DNA of 63,195 nucleotides from Gammaproteobacteria bacterium (lineage in GTDB: Bacteria; Pseudomonadota; Gammaproteobacteria; Enterobacterales; GCA-2746155), in assembly GCA_030589945.1 (NCBI GenBank), contig JAUUZN010000001.1, positions 1 through 63,195 of the forward strand, in the 5' to 3' direction. Positions 9,866-20,808 of the stretch are shown here, piece by piece. The first letter of the stretch is position 1; the number at the start of each line of letters is the position of its first letter. The translations under genes were made by a program, and so were the position numbers. The notes below the pieces were generated by a model. The model was not told where the DNA came from and ran no database searches. It worked only from the letters and a program-made list of their open reading frames with translations.

Positions 9866-11041
9866 TTAGCGACTCAGCGATTTTATCCCGTCATCAAGTC
9901 CATGGAGGGACAAATTATACATTTCATCTTCGAGAAGCTCTCTAACCATTCCGATGCTATGCGTATAATCCCAATACTTTTCTTCAACAGGATTGAGCCA
10001 GATGACTTTGTTGAATGTGTCTCTTAATCGTTGCATCCATATGTATCCCGGTTCATTGTTCATATGTTCAACACTGCCACCTCTATGAGATATCTCATAG
10101 GAAGCCATAGAGGCGTCACCGATAAAGATCACTTTGTATTCAGATGAATACTTTCTGAAAACTTCAATCAGCGGAGTGCTATCAGAATATCTACGCGAAT
10201 TGTCTTGCCAGACATTTTCATAGATAAAATTATGAAAATAATAATATTCGAGGTGTTTAAATTCAGTTTTACAGGCGGAAAAGAGTTCTTCGCACACTTT
10301 TACATAAGGATCCATTGAGCCACCTACATCTAAAAAGAGAAGTACTTTTATCGCATTGTGACGCTCGGGAATCATTTTAATATCAAGCAAACCTGCATTC
10401 TTAGCGGTACTTGAAATGGTGTGGTCTAGGTCGAGTTCTTCATGAGCACCTGTTCGTGCAAACTTTCTGAGTTTTCTCAGTGCAACTTTTAAATTTCGTG
10501 TGCCCAGTTCAATTGAATCATCAAGATCTTTATATTCTCTTTTTTCCCAAACCTTAACGGCGCGTTTATTTTTACTTTCTCCTCCAACACGAATTCCTTC
10601 TGGGTGGAAACCGCTATGTCCAAAGGGTGAGGTGCCGCCAGTGCCAATCCACTTGCTACCACCCTGATGACGTTTTTTCTGTTCTTCTAAACGCTCTTTA
10701 AAGGTATCGAGTAATTTTTCCAGGCCACCAAGAGATTCAATGTTCGCTTTATCTTCTTCACTCAAGCTCTTCATGAATTCACTGCGCAACCAATCTTCAG
10801 GGATGAGAGCCTCTAAAATATCTTCAATATTTTCGAGTTCTTTAAAATATGCTGCAAAGGCTCGATCGTATCGATCATAATATTTCTCATCCTTAACCAA
10901 GCAGAGTCTGGCTAAAAGATAGAAATCATCAATGCTACAAAATGCGAGGCGCTGCTCAAGAGCACTCAGTAGAGCCAGTAATTCTTTAATAGAAACTGGG
11001 ATCCCTGTTTTACGTAGCAGATAGAAAAAATTAATCAGCAT
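9866..11041 (-). CDS. VWA domain protein, CoxE-like
   Basis: 391 aa. N-terminus 'FFYLLRKTGIPVSIKELLALL' is typical of CoxE-type VWA proteins. MIDAS-like 'LDVGGSM'. Lies 15 bp downstream of the MoxR ATPase. Confidence 0.75.
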   Translation of the reverse strand: MLINFFYLLRKTGIPVSIKELLALLSALEQRLAFCSIDDFYLLARLCLVKDEKYYDRYDRAFAAYFKELENIEDILEALIPEDWLRSEFMKSLSEEDKANIESLGGLEKLLDTFKERLEEQKKRHQGGSKWIGTGGTSPFGHSGFHPEGIRVGGESKNKRAVKVWEKREYKDLDDSIELGTRNLKVALRKLRKFARTGAHEELDLDHTISSTAKNAGLLDIKMIPERHNAIKVLLFLDVGGSMDPYVKVCEELFSACKTEFKHLEYYYFHNFIYENVWQDNSRRYSDSTPLIEVFRKYSSEYKVIFIGDASMASYEISHRGGSVEHMNNEPGYIWMQRLRDTFNKVIWLNPVEEKYWDYTHSIGMVRELLEDEMYNLSLHGLDDGIKSLSR

Positions 11042-11056
11042 GATGCAACGCTCTAT

Positions 11057-11899
11057 CTAAGATTCGCGTCTTATCATAAATGCCAAGCGTTCAAGCATGT
11101 GTACGTCCTGTTCATTTTTGAGTAGGGCACCATAGAGAGGAGGAATTGCTTTTGTTGGATCACGCCCTTTTAAAATTTCTTCAGGGATGTCGTCAGCAAG
11201 TAGTAGCTTCAGCCAATCAATGAGCTCTGATGTCGATGGTTTCTTCTTAAGACCTGGAACATCACGAACTTTAAAAAAGATATCTAAAGCTTCTTTTAAA
11301 AGATCAGATTTTATTTTTGGATGATGGACTTCAATAATCTTTATCATTGTTTCCCTGTCTGGAAAACTAATGTAGTGGAAGAAACATCTGCGCAAAAACG
11401 CATCAGGGAGTTCTTTCTCATTATTACTGGTGATAATAATTAACGGTCGATTAACCGCTTTAATGACCTCACCGGTTTCATAAACATAAAACTCCATTTT
11501 ATCGAGTTCTAGTAATAAATCATTTGGGAACTCAATATCAGCCTTGTCAATTTCATCAATGAGAAGGACTACCTGTTCATCTGAATCAAAGGCTTCCCAT
11601 AGTTTGCCTTTTTTAATGTAGTTGCTGATGTCCCCAACCTTGTCATCTCCCAATTGCGAGTCTCGTAACCTCGATACCGCATCGTACTCATAGAGACCTT
11701 GGTGAGCGCGGGTGGTTGATTTGATATGCCACTGAATGAGTGGCATGTTTAGTGATGCCGCAACCTCTTCTGCGAGCATGGTCTTACCGGTACCAGGCTC
11801 TCCTTTAATGAGCAGAGGGCGCTCTAATGTTTTAGCGGCATTAACAGCCATTTGCAGTTCTTCTGTGGCAATATAAGACTTAGTACCAGTAAAATTCAT
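11057..11899 (-). CDS. MoxR/CoxD-like AAA+ ATPase
   Basis: Walker A 'GEPGTGKT', Walker B 'VLLIDEIDK'. I start at the ATG at 11899 ('MNFTGTK'); the track ORF extends to 11974 with no conserved sequence. Confidence 0.8.
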   Translation of the reverse strand: MNFTGTKSYIATEELQMAVNAAKTLERPLLIKGEPGTGKTMLAEEVAASLNMPLIQWHIKSTTRAHQGLYEYDAVSRLRDSQLGDDKVGDISNYIKKGKLWEAFDSDEQVVLLIDEIDKADIEFPNDLLLELDKMEFYVYETGEVIKAVNRPLIIITSNNEKELPDAFLRRCFFHYISFPDRETMIKIIEVHHPKIKSDLLKEALDIFFKVRDVPGLKKKPSTSELIDWLKLLLADDIPEEILKGRDPTKAIPPLYGALLKNEQDVHMLERLAFMIRRES

Positions 11900-12059
11900 T
11901 GGGTGACCCTTTTTATCTGAAAAAATGACCCTATTAATATTAGAATTACAAAGGTATAGAGGGTCAACGAACAATGCTTAAGTCTATCAAACTATTAGCA
12001 TGTAACGATATCAGTTCGTGTCCTTCTATTGAAAATGATACAAAGATTTTAAGGATGCT

Positions 12060-13106
12060 ATGAATACTTTAATATCAAAGAATATTAGTGAACTCATCGG
12101 CAATACGGACTTATTGCGCATCAATAGTCTTTCTAAGCTAACGGGTTGTGAAATTTTACTGAAGTGTGAACAACAAAACCCGGGTGGTTCAATTAAGGAT
12201 CGGGCTGCTTTACAGCTTGTGAAAGATGCGGTTGAATCTGGAAAGTTAAAACCGGGAATGACCATTGTTGAAGGTACCGCTGGTAATACGGGTATAGGCT
12301 TAGCGCTTGTTGCTAAGGCACTTGGATTTAATATGCTGGTGGTGATGCCCAAAGGGCAGACACCTGAAAAGGAACGGATGATAAGACTCCACGGTGCAGA
12401 GTTATTATTGGTTGCTCCCTGTCCCTTTGCAGATCCGAATCATTTTTATCATACGGCTAAGCGACTTGGCGAAGAAAATGATAATTATTGGTGGTCTGAT
12501 CAGTTTGAAAACATTAGTAATTCAAAGGCTCATTATGAAAATACTGCACCTGAAATCTGGCAACAGACGGGTGGCAATATCGATGCATTTGTTTCCGTTG
12601 CGGGTACTGGTGGTACCATTGGCGGTACCTCTAGTTATCTGTCAAAAATGAGCCCTTCCATGCTCACCTGGCTTGTGGATCCAGATGGTTCAGGGATTTA
12701 TAACTTCTTAAAAGAGGGGAGCTATAAGTCTTCAGGCAACTCTTTCACAGAAGGTATTGGTATTATGCGGAGCGTTGAAAATTTCCGTCAGGCAAAAATT
12801 GATAAGGCCATTACTTTACCCGATCAAGATTTAGTCACAGTATCACGTGCGCTTTGTAGTGAAGATGCTCTACCACTTGGTAGTAGTTCAGCGCTTAATG
12901 TTGCGGGAGCTTTATACGCTGCTGCTAAGATGGGTGAAGGTAAAACAATTGTTACCTTTTCATGTGATCTGGCTGAGCGATCTTATTCAAAACTTTATAA
13001 TGCTGAATTTATTGCAGAGAAAAATATCAGTCTTAATAAGGAAACCATTGAGCAATTATTTGAACGTTATAAGGCTGAAGATGAATCTAAAGTTTTGAGT
13101 CTCTAA
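12060..13106 (+). CDS. PLP-dependent cysteine synthase / CBS-family enzyme
   Basis: 348 aa. PLP-lysine motif 'GGSIKDRAAL', 'GTAGNTGIGLA', 'GTGGTIGG' loop. C-terminal ~40 aa extension beyond typical CysK. Confidence 0.75.
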   Translation: MNTLISKNISELIGNTDLLRINSLSKLTGCEILLKCEQQNPGGSIKDRAALQLVKDAVESGKLKPGMTIVEGTAGNTGIGLALVAKALGFNMLVVMPKGQTPEKERMIRLHGAELLLVAPCPFADPNHFYHTAKRLGEENDNYWWSDQFENISNSKAHYENTAPEIWQQTGGNIDAFVSVAGTGGTIGGTSSYLSKMSPSMLTWLVDPDGSGIYNFLKEGSYKSSGNSFTEGIGIMRSVENFRQAKIDKAITLPDQDLVTVSRALCSEDALPLGSSSALNVAGALYAAAKMGEGKTIVTFSCDLAERSYSKLYNAEFIAEKNISLNKETIEQLFERYKAEDESKVLSL

Positions 13107-13129
13107 AAAATAATATTTTCTTATGAAAC

Positions 13130-13414
13130 TTAGAACTCGTAAAATGATTCATTAAGATAATGAACAACGGACTGTTTTTGTTTGTCCGTCCAGTCTTCAC
13201 GTACAGCATTTTTTACACATCCATTAACGCGCTTGGTTAAAAGTTCAAGGCTGTTAACTTTGTGATCGAGCCGTGAATATACCGTGGTGGTATGACACTT
13301 TGTACATTTTGCGTCATGAAGGTCCTGACCAATGAGCACCAACTCTTCATTCTCAGCAAGGAGTATTGATGTACTAAATATTATTGTTAATAAGATGGTT
13401 TTAAAGATGCTCAT
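13130..13414 (-). CDS. Small exported monoheme c-type cytochrome-like protein
   Basis: Single 'CTKCH' (CxxCH) motif after the signal peptide 'MSIFKTILLTIIFSTSILLA'. Start moved to the ATG at 13414 because the track start at 13426 is TTG. Confidence 0.55.
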   Translation of the reverse strand: MSIFKTILLTIIFSTSILLAENEELVLIGQDLHDAKCTKCHTTTVYSRLDHKVNSLELLTKRVNGCVKNAVREDWTDKQKQSVVHYLNESFYEF

Positions 13415-13458
13415 GTTAATATCCAACTTTTCTTGTCTATAGTTTAAGTGTTGGTCGC

Positions 13459-15012
13459 TTACTCTTCATTTTCAGCTGCAACGTCCTCGATTGGTTTTTT
13501 AGCCTTTAGTTTTTTATTTTTAATCTTGTCAGTTTCAGGAGGTTTAGTTGTCGCCAAAAGCTGCTCAGCTGATTGGTCGTTTATTTCTGGTTTATTGAAT
13601 AATGAGTCAGGCACATCAATCATCCACTGCAAGGTTTCGTAGTAACGCCTAATATTATCAACATATTGTACGGGTTCATCACCCCGGGCATATCCGTAAC
13701 GCGTCTTCTTATAATACTTTCGTTGCCTCAGCAAAGGTAACCGTTCTTTTACATCAACCCAACGGTTGGGATCATCACCCTGTTTTTGAGTGAGTATTCG
13801 AGCATCTTCAACATGTCCCCAACCAATGTTGTAGGATGCTAAAGCAAGCCATGTTTTATCGGGTTCTTGCACGCGCTCTGGAATGCGCTTCAACACTGCG
13901 CTAAAGTATTTAGCTCCACCGGTAATACTTTTTTCAACATCGAGTCGATTTTTAATACCCAGCTCTTTTGCCGTAGTACGGGTGAGCATCATCATGCCTC
14001 TTACACCCGTTGGAGAGCGTGCATGAGGGTTCCAATGTGATTCCTGATAACTGATAGCAGCTAATAGGCGCCAATCAAGCTCAAGGCCCGCTGCCGTTTG
14101 AAAGAGCTCGGTATATTTGGGAAGTTTGTTCTTTGCGGCCTGTAGAAATTTTCGTGTTCCCACATAATCAAAATCTTCAACATGGCCATAGTTGCGCTCA
14201 ATCAGTTGAGCGAGTTCTCCAGATGCACGGATGTCGCTAAAAAAGTTAATCGCTTCAGCTCTCAAGCTGTCATCATGGGTTTTATCAAAGGCCCAAGCCA
14301 ATTGCTCCGGCTTTCCAATGCTAAATCCAATGGCCAGTTCAGGATAGAAACGTCGATTCAGTGCCAGCTCATTAGAATCGCTGATGGTGTAATCAATACT
14401 CTCATCAAGAATTTTCGCGAGTAAATCTTCGCTGGTATCTGTGACAGTTTCAGACCAGCCCAAGCTAGCATGCTTTTGTTTTAGTTTTAATAACTTTAGG
14501 GCGTGGGAACTATCAGCCATGACCCTTAAATCGCCTCTGAGTTGCTCTATATTACGGGGCCATCGTTTGCCCTGTTTGAAGACTAATTTTTGTGAGACTT
14601 CTTGGTAGGGTGGAGCAAAATAGAATTCATTTTTACGTTCTTCGGTAATGGTCAAGCCTGCCGCAGCGAGATCTGCAGTACCTTTTTGTAAAGCTGTGAG
14701 AATTTCAGTGATGCTGTCAACGGCTCTTATTTCTAACTTTAATCCAAGTCGCTCAGCAAATTGACTGGCAAGTTGATATTCAACACCTGCGGCTCCCTGA
14801 TAACCTAAATAATAGGTGGTAGGACTCTCTCTAGTGACCACTCTGAGTGTGCCTCTGTTGAGAATTTGTTGCAGTTGGCTATCAGAGCTACTAAATTTAT
14901 TACTCAATAAGATTATGGACAAACTAATGACCAAAAAAAGCATAAAAAGCAATCGGTAGGTGCTTTTCTTGTCTTTGTCAGAGACTATTGTGAGTGCCTG
15001 TTTGATATCCAT
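13459..15012 (-). CDS. mltF: Membrane-bound lytic murein transglycosylase F
   Basis: 517 aa. N-terminal SBP_bac_3-like domain plus an SLT domain 'AISYQESHWNP'. Divergent from purL as in E. coli. Confidence 0.88.
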   Translation of the reverse strand: MDIKQALTIVSDKDKKSTYRLLFMLFLVISLSIILLSNKFSSSDSQLQQILNRGTLRVVTRESPTTYYLGYQGAAGVEYQLASQFAERLGLKLEIRAVDSITEILTALQKGTADLAAAGLTITEERKNEFYFAPPYQEVSQKLVFKQGKRWPRNIEQLRGDLRVMADSSHALKLLKLKQKHASLGWSETVTDTSEDLLAKILDESIDYTISDSNELALNRRFYPELAIGFSIGKPEQLAWAFDKTHDDSLRAEAINFFSDIRASGELAQLIERNYGHVEDFDYVGTRKFLQAAKNKLPKYTELFQTAAGLELDWRLLAAISYQESHWNPHARSPTGVRGMMMLTRTTAKELGIKNRLDVEKSITGGAKYFSAVLKRIPERVQEPDKTWLALASYNIGWGHVEDARILTQKQGDDPNRWVDVKERLPLLRQRKYYKKTRYGYARGDEPVQYVDNIRRYYETLQWMIDVPDSLFNKPEINDQSAEQLLATTKPPETDKIKNKKLKAKKPIEDVAAENEE

Positions 15013-15088
15013 AATCAGTATTAATTATTATTAACAAAAGATCCTTTTTAAATAGTACAACTAATTTGATTATAGCCTAATAAGCACC

Positions 15089-15118
15089 TTGGCACGATGG
15101 GCAATACTCAGGTATGAT
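15089..15118 (+). promoter_or_regulatory. Candidate sigma70 promoter for purL
   Basis: TTGGCA (15089-15094), 18-bp spacer, TATGAT (15113-15118). GGAG at 15159-15162 precedes the ATG at 15173. Confidence 0.35.
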
Positions 15119-15172
15119 CGACTCAAATTTTGCTACTCATTTTTGACCGTTGAATTTTGGAGTTTTACATCA

Positions 15173-18100
15173 ATGCTAACCTTGGCCGGCGCACCCTCTT
15201 TATCACGTTTTCGTAAACAACGCCTACTTTCCCAATGTCAGGAAATAGTTCCTGAAATTACCAACATCTATGGACAATTCATTCATTTTGTCGATTTAGA
15301 GAAAGATTTAGACGATCAACAAATGCTCGTTTTAGAGCAAATACTGATTTATGGGCCCAGTCGCGGAAACGAACAGCTTGAAAATAGTCTCATTCTAGTT
15401 ATTCCTCGACCAGGAACCATTTCTCCCTGGTCTTCGAAAGCAACCGATATTGCTCATAATTGCGGACTTGCTTCAATTAGAAGAGTTGAGCGAGGAATCG
15501 CCTATCATTTCAGTACGTCTTCAAATGTGGAACTCACTGAGCAACAACGTACATTAATTCTGCCGTTACTGCATGATCGAATGACCGAAGTTGTTTTTGA
15601 TCATTTAGATGCAGCTTCGAAACTTTTTAGCTTGCAACAGCCAAAGGCTTTCAAAACGGTTGATATTCTATCCGGTGGTAGTGCCGCATTAAGTGCTGCG
15701 AATCAAAACTGGGGTTTGGCGCTGGCAGAAGATGAGATTGACTATCTGGTTGAACAATTTAACAATTTAGGTCGCAACCCAACCGATGTAGAATTGATGA
15801 TGTTTGCACAGGCCAATTCTGAACATTGTCGTCATAAAATTTTTAATGCGAGTTGGACTATCGATGGTGAAGATAAGCCTATTTCACTTTTTGGTATGAT
15901 CAGAAATACTCATAAGCTTCACCCAGAGGGTACACTTTCAGCATACAGTGATAATTCTGCGGTAATGGCGGGTCCTATTGAGGAGCGCTTTTTTCCAGAC
16001 TCTAATCATCAATACCAGTTTCATCATGAAGCGGTACACACCTTGATGAAAGTGGAAACTCACAATCATCCAACAGCTATTTCTCCACATCCAGGTGCTG
16101 CTACAGGCTCAGGAGGAGAAATTCGTGATGAGGGTGCCACCGGTCGAGGTTCAAAGCCGAAAGCTGGGTTGACAGGATTTTCGGTATCCAATTTAAAGAT
16201 CCCAACATTACTACAGCCTTGGGAAACAGAGCACGGAAAGCCAGATCGAATTGTTTCTGCTCTAGACATTATGCTGCAAGGTCCAATTGGTGGTGCTGCT
16301 TTTAACAATGAGTTTGGTCGCCCGAATATCACCGGCTACTTCCGGAGTTATGAAGAGCGAGAAGCCGATGGTGACGAAAATCATCTGCGTGGTTATCATA
16401 AACCCATCATGCTGGCGGGTGGCATGGGTAATATTCGTGATGAGCACGTCCAAAAGGGTGATATTAATCCCGGACACCAAATTATCGTCCTCGGTGGGCC
16501 TGCGATGCTCATTGGTCTTGGTGGTGGCGCCGCCTCATCAATGACCTCAGGAAGTAGTTCTGAGGATCTAGATTTTGCTTCAGTCCAAAGAGACAACCCA
16601 GAGATGGAACGGCGATGTCAGGAAGTTATTGATTGCTGTTGGGCAATGGGTGAAAACAATCCAATCGATTTTATCCATGATGTGGGAGCTGGTGGGTTAT
16701 CAAATGCGTTACCGGAACTGGTCCATGATGGTCATCGAGGTGGAGAGTTTGAGCTAAGGAAAGTGCCCAATGCTGAGTTTGGCATGGCACCGGTAGAGAT
16801 TTGGTGTAATGAAGCGCAAGAGCGCTACGTGATGGCCATTGCAGAAGTGAATTTGCCTGTTTTTGAAGCATTATGTCAGCGCGAACGATGTCCTTATGCG
16901 GTTGTTGGCGTTGCCACAGATAAACTTCACTTGAGTCTTTCAGATGCGCATTTTTCAAAAGACACAAATATGCCAAGCGACATGCCCATTGATATGCCAA
17001 TGGATGTCCTTTTTGGTAAAGCTCCAAAGATGCATCGTACGGTGACATCGAAACAAAAATCCACCCAGCCATTAACCATTGACGCTGACTTAGATGAAAT
17101 GGTTAAGCGTGTATTGTCATTGCCTGCGGTGGCCGATAAAACATTTCTAATCAGCATTGGTGATAGAACCATTACCGGGATGATTGCCCGTGATCAAATG
17201 GTTGGCCCGTGGCAAGTTCCTGTGGCAGATTGTGCGGTGACCACGGTCACATTGAATTCTCACACGGGTGAAGCAATGGCCATTGGAGAACGAACCCCCA
17301 TTGCGCTACTAAATTATGCCGCTGCTGCGAGAATGGCCGTGGCCGAATCAATTACTAACATTGCCTCGGCAGCAATATCTGATATTAGTGATATTAAGCT
17401 GTCAGCAAATTGGATGGCTGCAGCAGGTTGTGAAGGTGAAGATGCCGGACTATACGAGGCAGTCAATGCTGTGGGGATGGAACTTTGTCCTGCTTTAGGA
17501 ATATGCATTCCTGTAGGTAAAGATTCAATGTCTATGCGTTCATCTTGGCAGGAACAAATTGATGGTCAAACGGTAGATAAATCTGTTACTGCTCCTTTAT
17601 CTCTCATTATTACTGCTTTTTCTCCGGTGCGTGATGTCAGGAAATCACTGACTCCTCAACTACGCACAGACTTGGGTGATACAGAGCTCATCCTCATTGA
17701 CTTAGGTGAAGGAAAGAATCGATTGGGTGCCTCTGCATTGACTCAGGTTTTCAAACAGCAGGGTGAAGAACCGGTTGACTGTGATAACCCTGATAAATTA
17801 AAAGCATTTTTCAAGGCAATACAGGATCTCAATAATGACAAACGCCTATTGGCCTATCATGACCGTTCTGACGGAGGGCTAGTCGCAACAGTCGTAGAGA
17901 TGATGTTTGCAGGAGCCGTGGGAGTTGATCTAGATTGCTCATCATTAAAAGGTAATGCAGCTGAACTACTGTTTAATGAAGAATTGGGTGCGGTTGTACA
18001 GGTTCGTTCTGAACATGTTGATGAAACCATGAGCTATCTACAGGAGGTGGGCTTGGGAGATTGTAGTCATCAAATTGGCTCCCTAAACGAAGAGAACAAT

Positions 18101-19099
18101 CTTGTCATTACAAAAAATGGTGAGCAAATCTATCAAAACTCAAGGCAGGATCTGCGCAATATTTGGTCTGAAACTACGTTGCATATGCAAAGCCTTAGAG
18201 ATAATTCTGACTGTGCAAAAGAAGAGCATGACGCACGACTTGATATGAATAACCCCGGAATTAGTCCAAGTTTCACCTTTGACATCAACAATGATATTGC
18301 GGCACCTTTCATTAACTCGGGCATTCGGCCCTCAATCGCAATCTTGAGAGAGCAGGGCGTTAATGGTCAGCTGGAGATGGCGGCTGCATTTCATCGTGCA
18401 GGTTTTGACACCTTTGATGTTCATATGAGCGATATTATTTCAGGTCGTGTGAACTTGAATGATTATAAGGGCATGGTTGCCTGTGGTGGATTTTCATACG
18501 GTGATGTTTTAGGAGCCGGTGAGGGCTGGGCAAAATCAGCACTTTATAATCAACAGGCCAGTGATAACTTCCAAGCTTTTTTCAATCGCGACGACAGCTT
18601 TACGCTTGGAATATGTAATGGTTGTCAGATGTTGTCTAATCTAAAATCCTTAATTCCAGGTACAGAGCATTGGCCTCATTTTGTGAGAAATCGATCGGAG
18701 CAATTTGAAGGACGGGTGTGTATGGTTGAGGTTGAACAATCACCCTCCATATTCCTTGAAGGTATGGCGGGATCTAGACTTCCAATTGCCGTAGCACATG
18801 GTGAAGGACGGGCTCAATTTGCAACAGAAGAACTGAAACAATTAGCAACAGATTCAGGTCTTGTGACAGCACGATATGTCGATAATTATGGTAAGGTAAC
18901 GACACAATATCCATACAATCCAAACGGTGCAGCTGAGTCCATCAGTGGTATGACAAACAGTGATGGTAGAGTTACAATTATGATGCCTCACCCTGAACGG
19001 GTTTATCGTAGCTTACAGAATTCTTGGACACCTGATGATTGGCATGAAGATGGGCCATGGATGAGGATGTTTAGAAACGCCAGAGTTTGGGTTAACTAA
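15173..19099 (+). CDS. purL: Phosphoribosylformylglycinamidine synthase (large single-chain form)
   Basis: Conserved N-terminus begins '[14 protein letters not shown]', followed by '[11 protein letters not shown]' and the C-terminal GATase 'GICNGCQM'. The 28 codons the track adds upstream (from TTG 15089) look non-coding. Confidence 0.96.
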   Translation: MLTLAGAPSLSRFRKQRLLSQCQEIVPEITNIYGQFIHFVDLEKDLDDQQMLVLEQILIYGPSRGNEQLENSLILVIPRPGTISPWSSKATDIAHNCGLASIRRVERGIAYHFSTSSNVELTEQQRTLILPLLHDRMTEVVFDHLDAASKLFSLQQPKAFKTVDILSGGSAALSAANQNWGLALAEDEIDYLVEQFNNLGRNPTDVELMMFAQANSEHCRHKIFNASWTIDGEDKPISLFGMIRNTHKLHPEGTLSAYSDNSAVMAGPIEERFFPDSNHQYQFHHEAVHTLMKVETHNHPTAISPHPGAATGSGGEIRDEGATGRGSKPKAGLTGFSVSNLKIPTLLQPWETEHGKPDRIVSALDIMLQGPIGGAAFNNEFGRPNITGYFRSYEEREADGDENHLRGYHKPIMLAGGMGNIRDEHVQKGDINPGHQIIVLGGPAMLIGLGGGAASSMTSGSSSEDLDFASVQRDNPEMERRCQEVIDCCWAMGENNPIDFIHDVGAGGLSNALPELVHDGHRGGEFELRKVPNAEFGMAPVEIWCNEAQERYVMAIAEVNLPVFEALCQRERCPYAVVGVATDKLHLSLSDAHFSKDTNMPSDMPIDMPMDVLFGKAPKMHRTVTSKQKSTQPLTIDADLDEMVKRVLSLPAVADKTFLISIGDRTITGMIARDQMVGPWQVPVADCAVTTVTLNSHTGEAMAIGERTPIALLNYAAAARMAVAESITNIASAAISDISDIKLSANWMAAAGCEGEDAGLYEAVNAVGMELCPALGICIPVGKDSMSMRSSWQEQIDGQTVDKSVTAPLSLIITAFSPVRDVRKSLTPQLRTDLGDTELILIDLGEGKNRLGASALTQVFKQQGEEPVDCDNPDKLKAFFKAIQDLNNDKRLLAYHDRSDGGLVATVVEMMFAGAVGVDLDCSSLKGNAAELLFNEELGAVVQVRSEHVDETMSYLQEVGLGDCSHQIGSLNEENNLVITKNGEQIYQNSRQDLRNIWSETTLHMQSLRDNSDCAKEEHDARLDMNNPGISPSFTFDINNDIAAPFINSGIRPSIAILREQGVNGQLEMAAAFHRAGFDTFDVHMSDIISGRVNLNDYKGMVACGGFSYGDVLGAGEGWAKSALYNQQASDNFQAFFNRDDSFTLGICNGCQMLSNLKSLIPGTEHWPHFVRNRSEQFEGRVCMVEVEQSPSIFLEGMAGSRLPIAVAHGEGRAQFATEELKQLATDSGLVTARYVDNYGKVTTQYPYNPNGAAESISGMTNSDGRVTIMMPHPERVYRSLQNSWTPDDWHEDGPWMRMFRNARVWVN

Positions 19100-19133
19100 A
19101 TTAGATTGATAGAAGATTTATTAGGAGTGAGTT

Positions 19134-20711
19134 TTGAAGGAACAGTTTGAAAAGCGATTAGCATATATTTCGAATCAACACATTTCTAAATCACTTCGTC
19201 AAATAAGGCGGGGGATCGAAAAAGAAAGTTTACGTGTTTCTCCAAACGGCCGCATTAGCCAGACCGAGCATCCCTACGGACTCGGGTCTGCCTTGAGTAA
19301 TTCCTATATTACCACCGATTATTCTGAAGCATTATTAGAATTCATTACTCCTGCCTATGCTGATCCCAAAAAGCCACTGAAAGTATTGGAAAATATACAT
19401 AAATTTACCTATCAGCACTTAGAGCATGACGAGCTTTTGTGGGTCGCAAGCATGCCCTGTGCGATGAATGATGAGTCTTCAATTCCAATTGCAAAATACG
19501 GTTCATCAAACTCTGGACAGATGAAAGAGATTTATCGATTGGGTTTGGGTCATCGCTATGGTCGCTTTATGCAAACCATCGCAGGTGTTCATTACAATTT
19601 CTCTTTTCCTGCTGAATTTTGGCAACATCTCGCTGATTTTGAAGGGTTTAAACCCACAGATGAACGCCCGATGCAAAACTTCATTTCTGATGAATACATG
19701 GGCCTTATTCGAAACTTTCGTCGAACCAGTTGGATAATCCCTTATTTGTTTGGTGCTTCACCTGCAATTTGCGAATCCTATCTACGTGGCAAAAAAAGCC
19801 ATCTTGAACAGCTAGTGCCAGGCACTGTCTATGGTCCCTATGCAACTTCGTTGAGACTCGGTGATCTAGGTTATTCAAACAATGCTCAGGGCAGTATGGA
19901 TATTACCTATAACTGTATTGAAGGTTATATTCGCGGGCTAGAGAGTGCCATACAAACTCCAGAACCACTTTATGAAAAAATTGGTGTTAAGGTTAATGGT
20001 GAATACCGGCAGCTCAACGCAAATTTACTGCAAATTGAAAATGAATATTACAGTAATGTTAGACCGAAAAGAGTCACTGAATCGGGTGAGCGGCCCACCA
20101 AAGCATTGCATCGTAGAGGAATTGAGTACGTTGAAGTTAGAGCCCTGGATCTAAATTTATTTGATCCCAACGGTGTTAGTAGCACACAAAGTGATTTTGT
20201 AGATTGTCTGTTAATTCATAACTTACTGACCTGTAGTCCATCAATTACAGCACGTGAAGAATCTGAGATTAATGAAAATAAACGAAGGGTTGTTGAATAT
20301 GGTCGTCATCCAGCACTGAGATTAATTCATGATAATCGTGAGCTATCGATGCAGCGTTGGGCTAATTCGCTATTTTCTGAATTAAAACCCATTGCAAAAA
20401 TGCTCGATGAGACTTATGGAGTCAGCAATTACAGTGAATCAATTAATGAGCTGTCAAGCTGGATTGAATCACCGGATAAGACTTTTTCTGGAAAGATTGT
20501 TAGCGAAATTAAACAACGCGGCGACGGATTTTTCGCCCTTGGCATGGATTATTCAAAAAAGCATGCTGAGCATTTTAAAAACTTAGCCCTTTCTGAGGAA
20601 GAGCAAAAGTGTTTTGAAAATGAGGCAGTACAATCACATCAAAAACAAAAAGAGCTTGAAGATGATACTAGCCAAAGCTTTGAGGATTTCTTAGCGTCCT
20701 ATTTTGCTTAA
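19134..20711 (+). CDS. gshA: Glutamate--cysteine ligase
   Basis: 525 aa. 'RGIEKESLRV' and 'EALLEFITP' resemble E. coli GshA. TTG start 7 nt after AGGAG. The first in-frame ATG is ~105 codons in, downstream of conserved sequence. Confidence 0.92.
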   Translation: MKEQFEKRLAYISNQHISKSLRQIRRGIEKESLRVSPNGRISQTEHPYGLGSALSNSYITTDYSEALLEFITPAYADPKKPLKVLENIHKFTYQHLEHDELLWVASMPCAMNDESSIPIAKYGSSNSGQMKEIYRLGLGHRYGRFMQTIAGVHYNFSFPAEFWQHLADFEGFKPTDERPMQNFISDEYMGLIRNFRRTSWIIPYLFGASPAICESYLRGKKSHLEQLVPGTVYGPYATSLRLGDLGYSNNAQGSMDITYNCIEGYIRGLESAIQTPEPLYEKIGVKVNGEYRQLNANLLQIENEYYSNVRPKRVTESGERPTKALHRRGIEYVEVRALDLNLFDPNGVSSTQSDFVDCLLIHNLLTCSPSITAREESEINENKRRVVEYGRHPALRLIHDNRELSMQRWANSLFSELKPIAKMLDETYGVSNYSESINELSSWIESPDKTFSGKIVSEIKQRGDGFFALGMDYSKKHAEHFKNLALSEEEQKCFENEAVQSHQKQKELEDDTSQSFEDFLASYFA

Positions 20712-20808
20712 TGGACAAAAATAAGAAGACATATTTTATCAGTCTACTCATAGTTTATTTTGACCAAGAATAATTATTAAACAATAACAAACACTAAAGG
20801 ATTAACGC

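Noticed and set aside
12026-12352. 108-aa minus-strand ORF overlapping the 5' part of the cysteine-synthase-family gene
   Set aside because: It is antisense to a gene with clear PLP-enzyme motifs, and it has no start context or recognisable domain.
15089-15172. N-terminal 28-codon extension of purL in the ORF track (TTG start)
   Set aside because: The conserved PurL N-terminus begins at 'MLTLAG' (ATG 15173, preceded by GGAG). The extension overlaps what looks like the promoter.
16066-17508. Cluster of 60-133-aa ORFs on both strands inside purL (e.g. 16066..16332 -, 16671..17072 -, 17314..17508 -)
   Set aside because: They lie entirely within a highly conserved 1309-aa coding sequence. Their translations are low-complexity with no motifs, so they are typical shadow ORFs.
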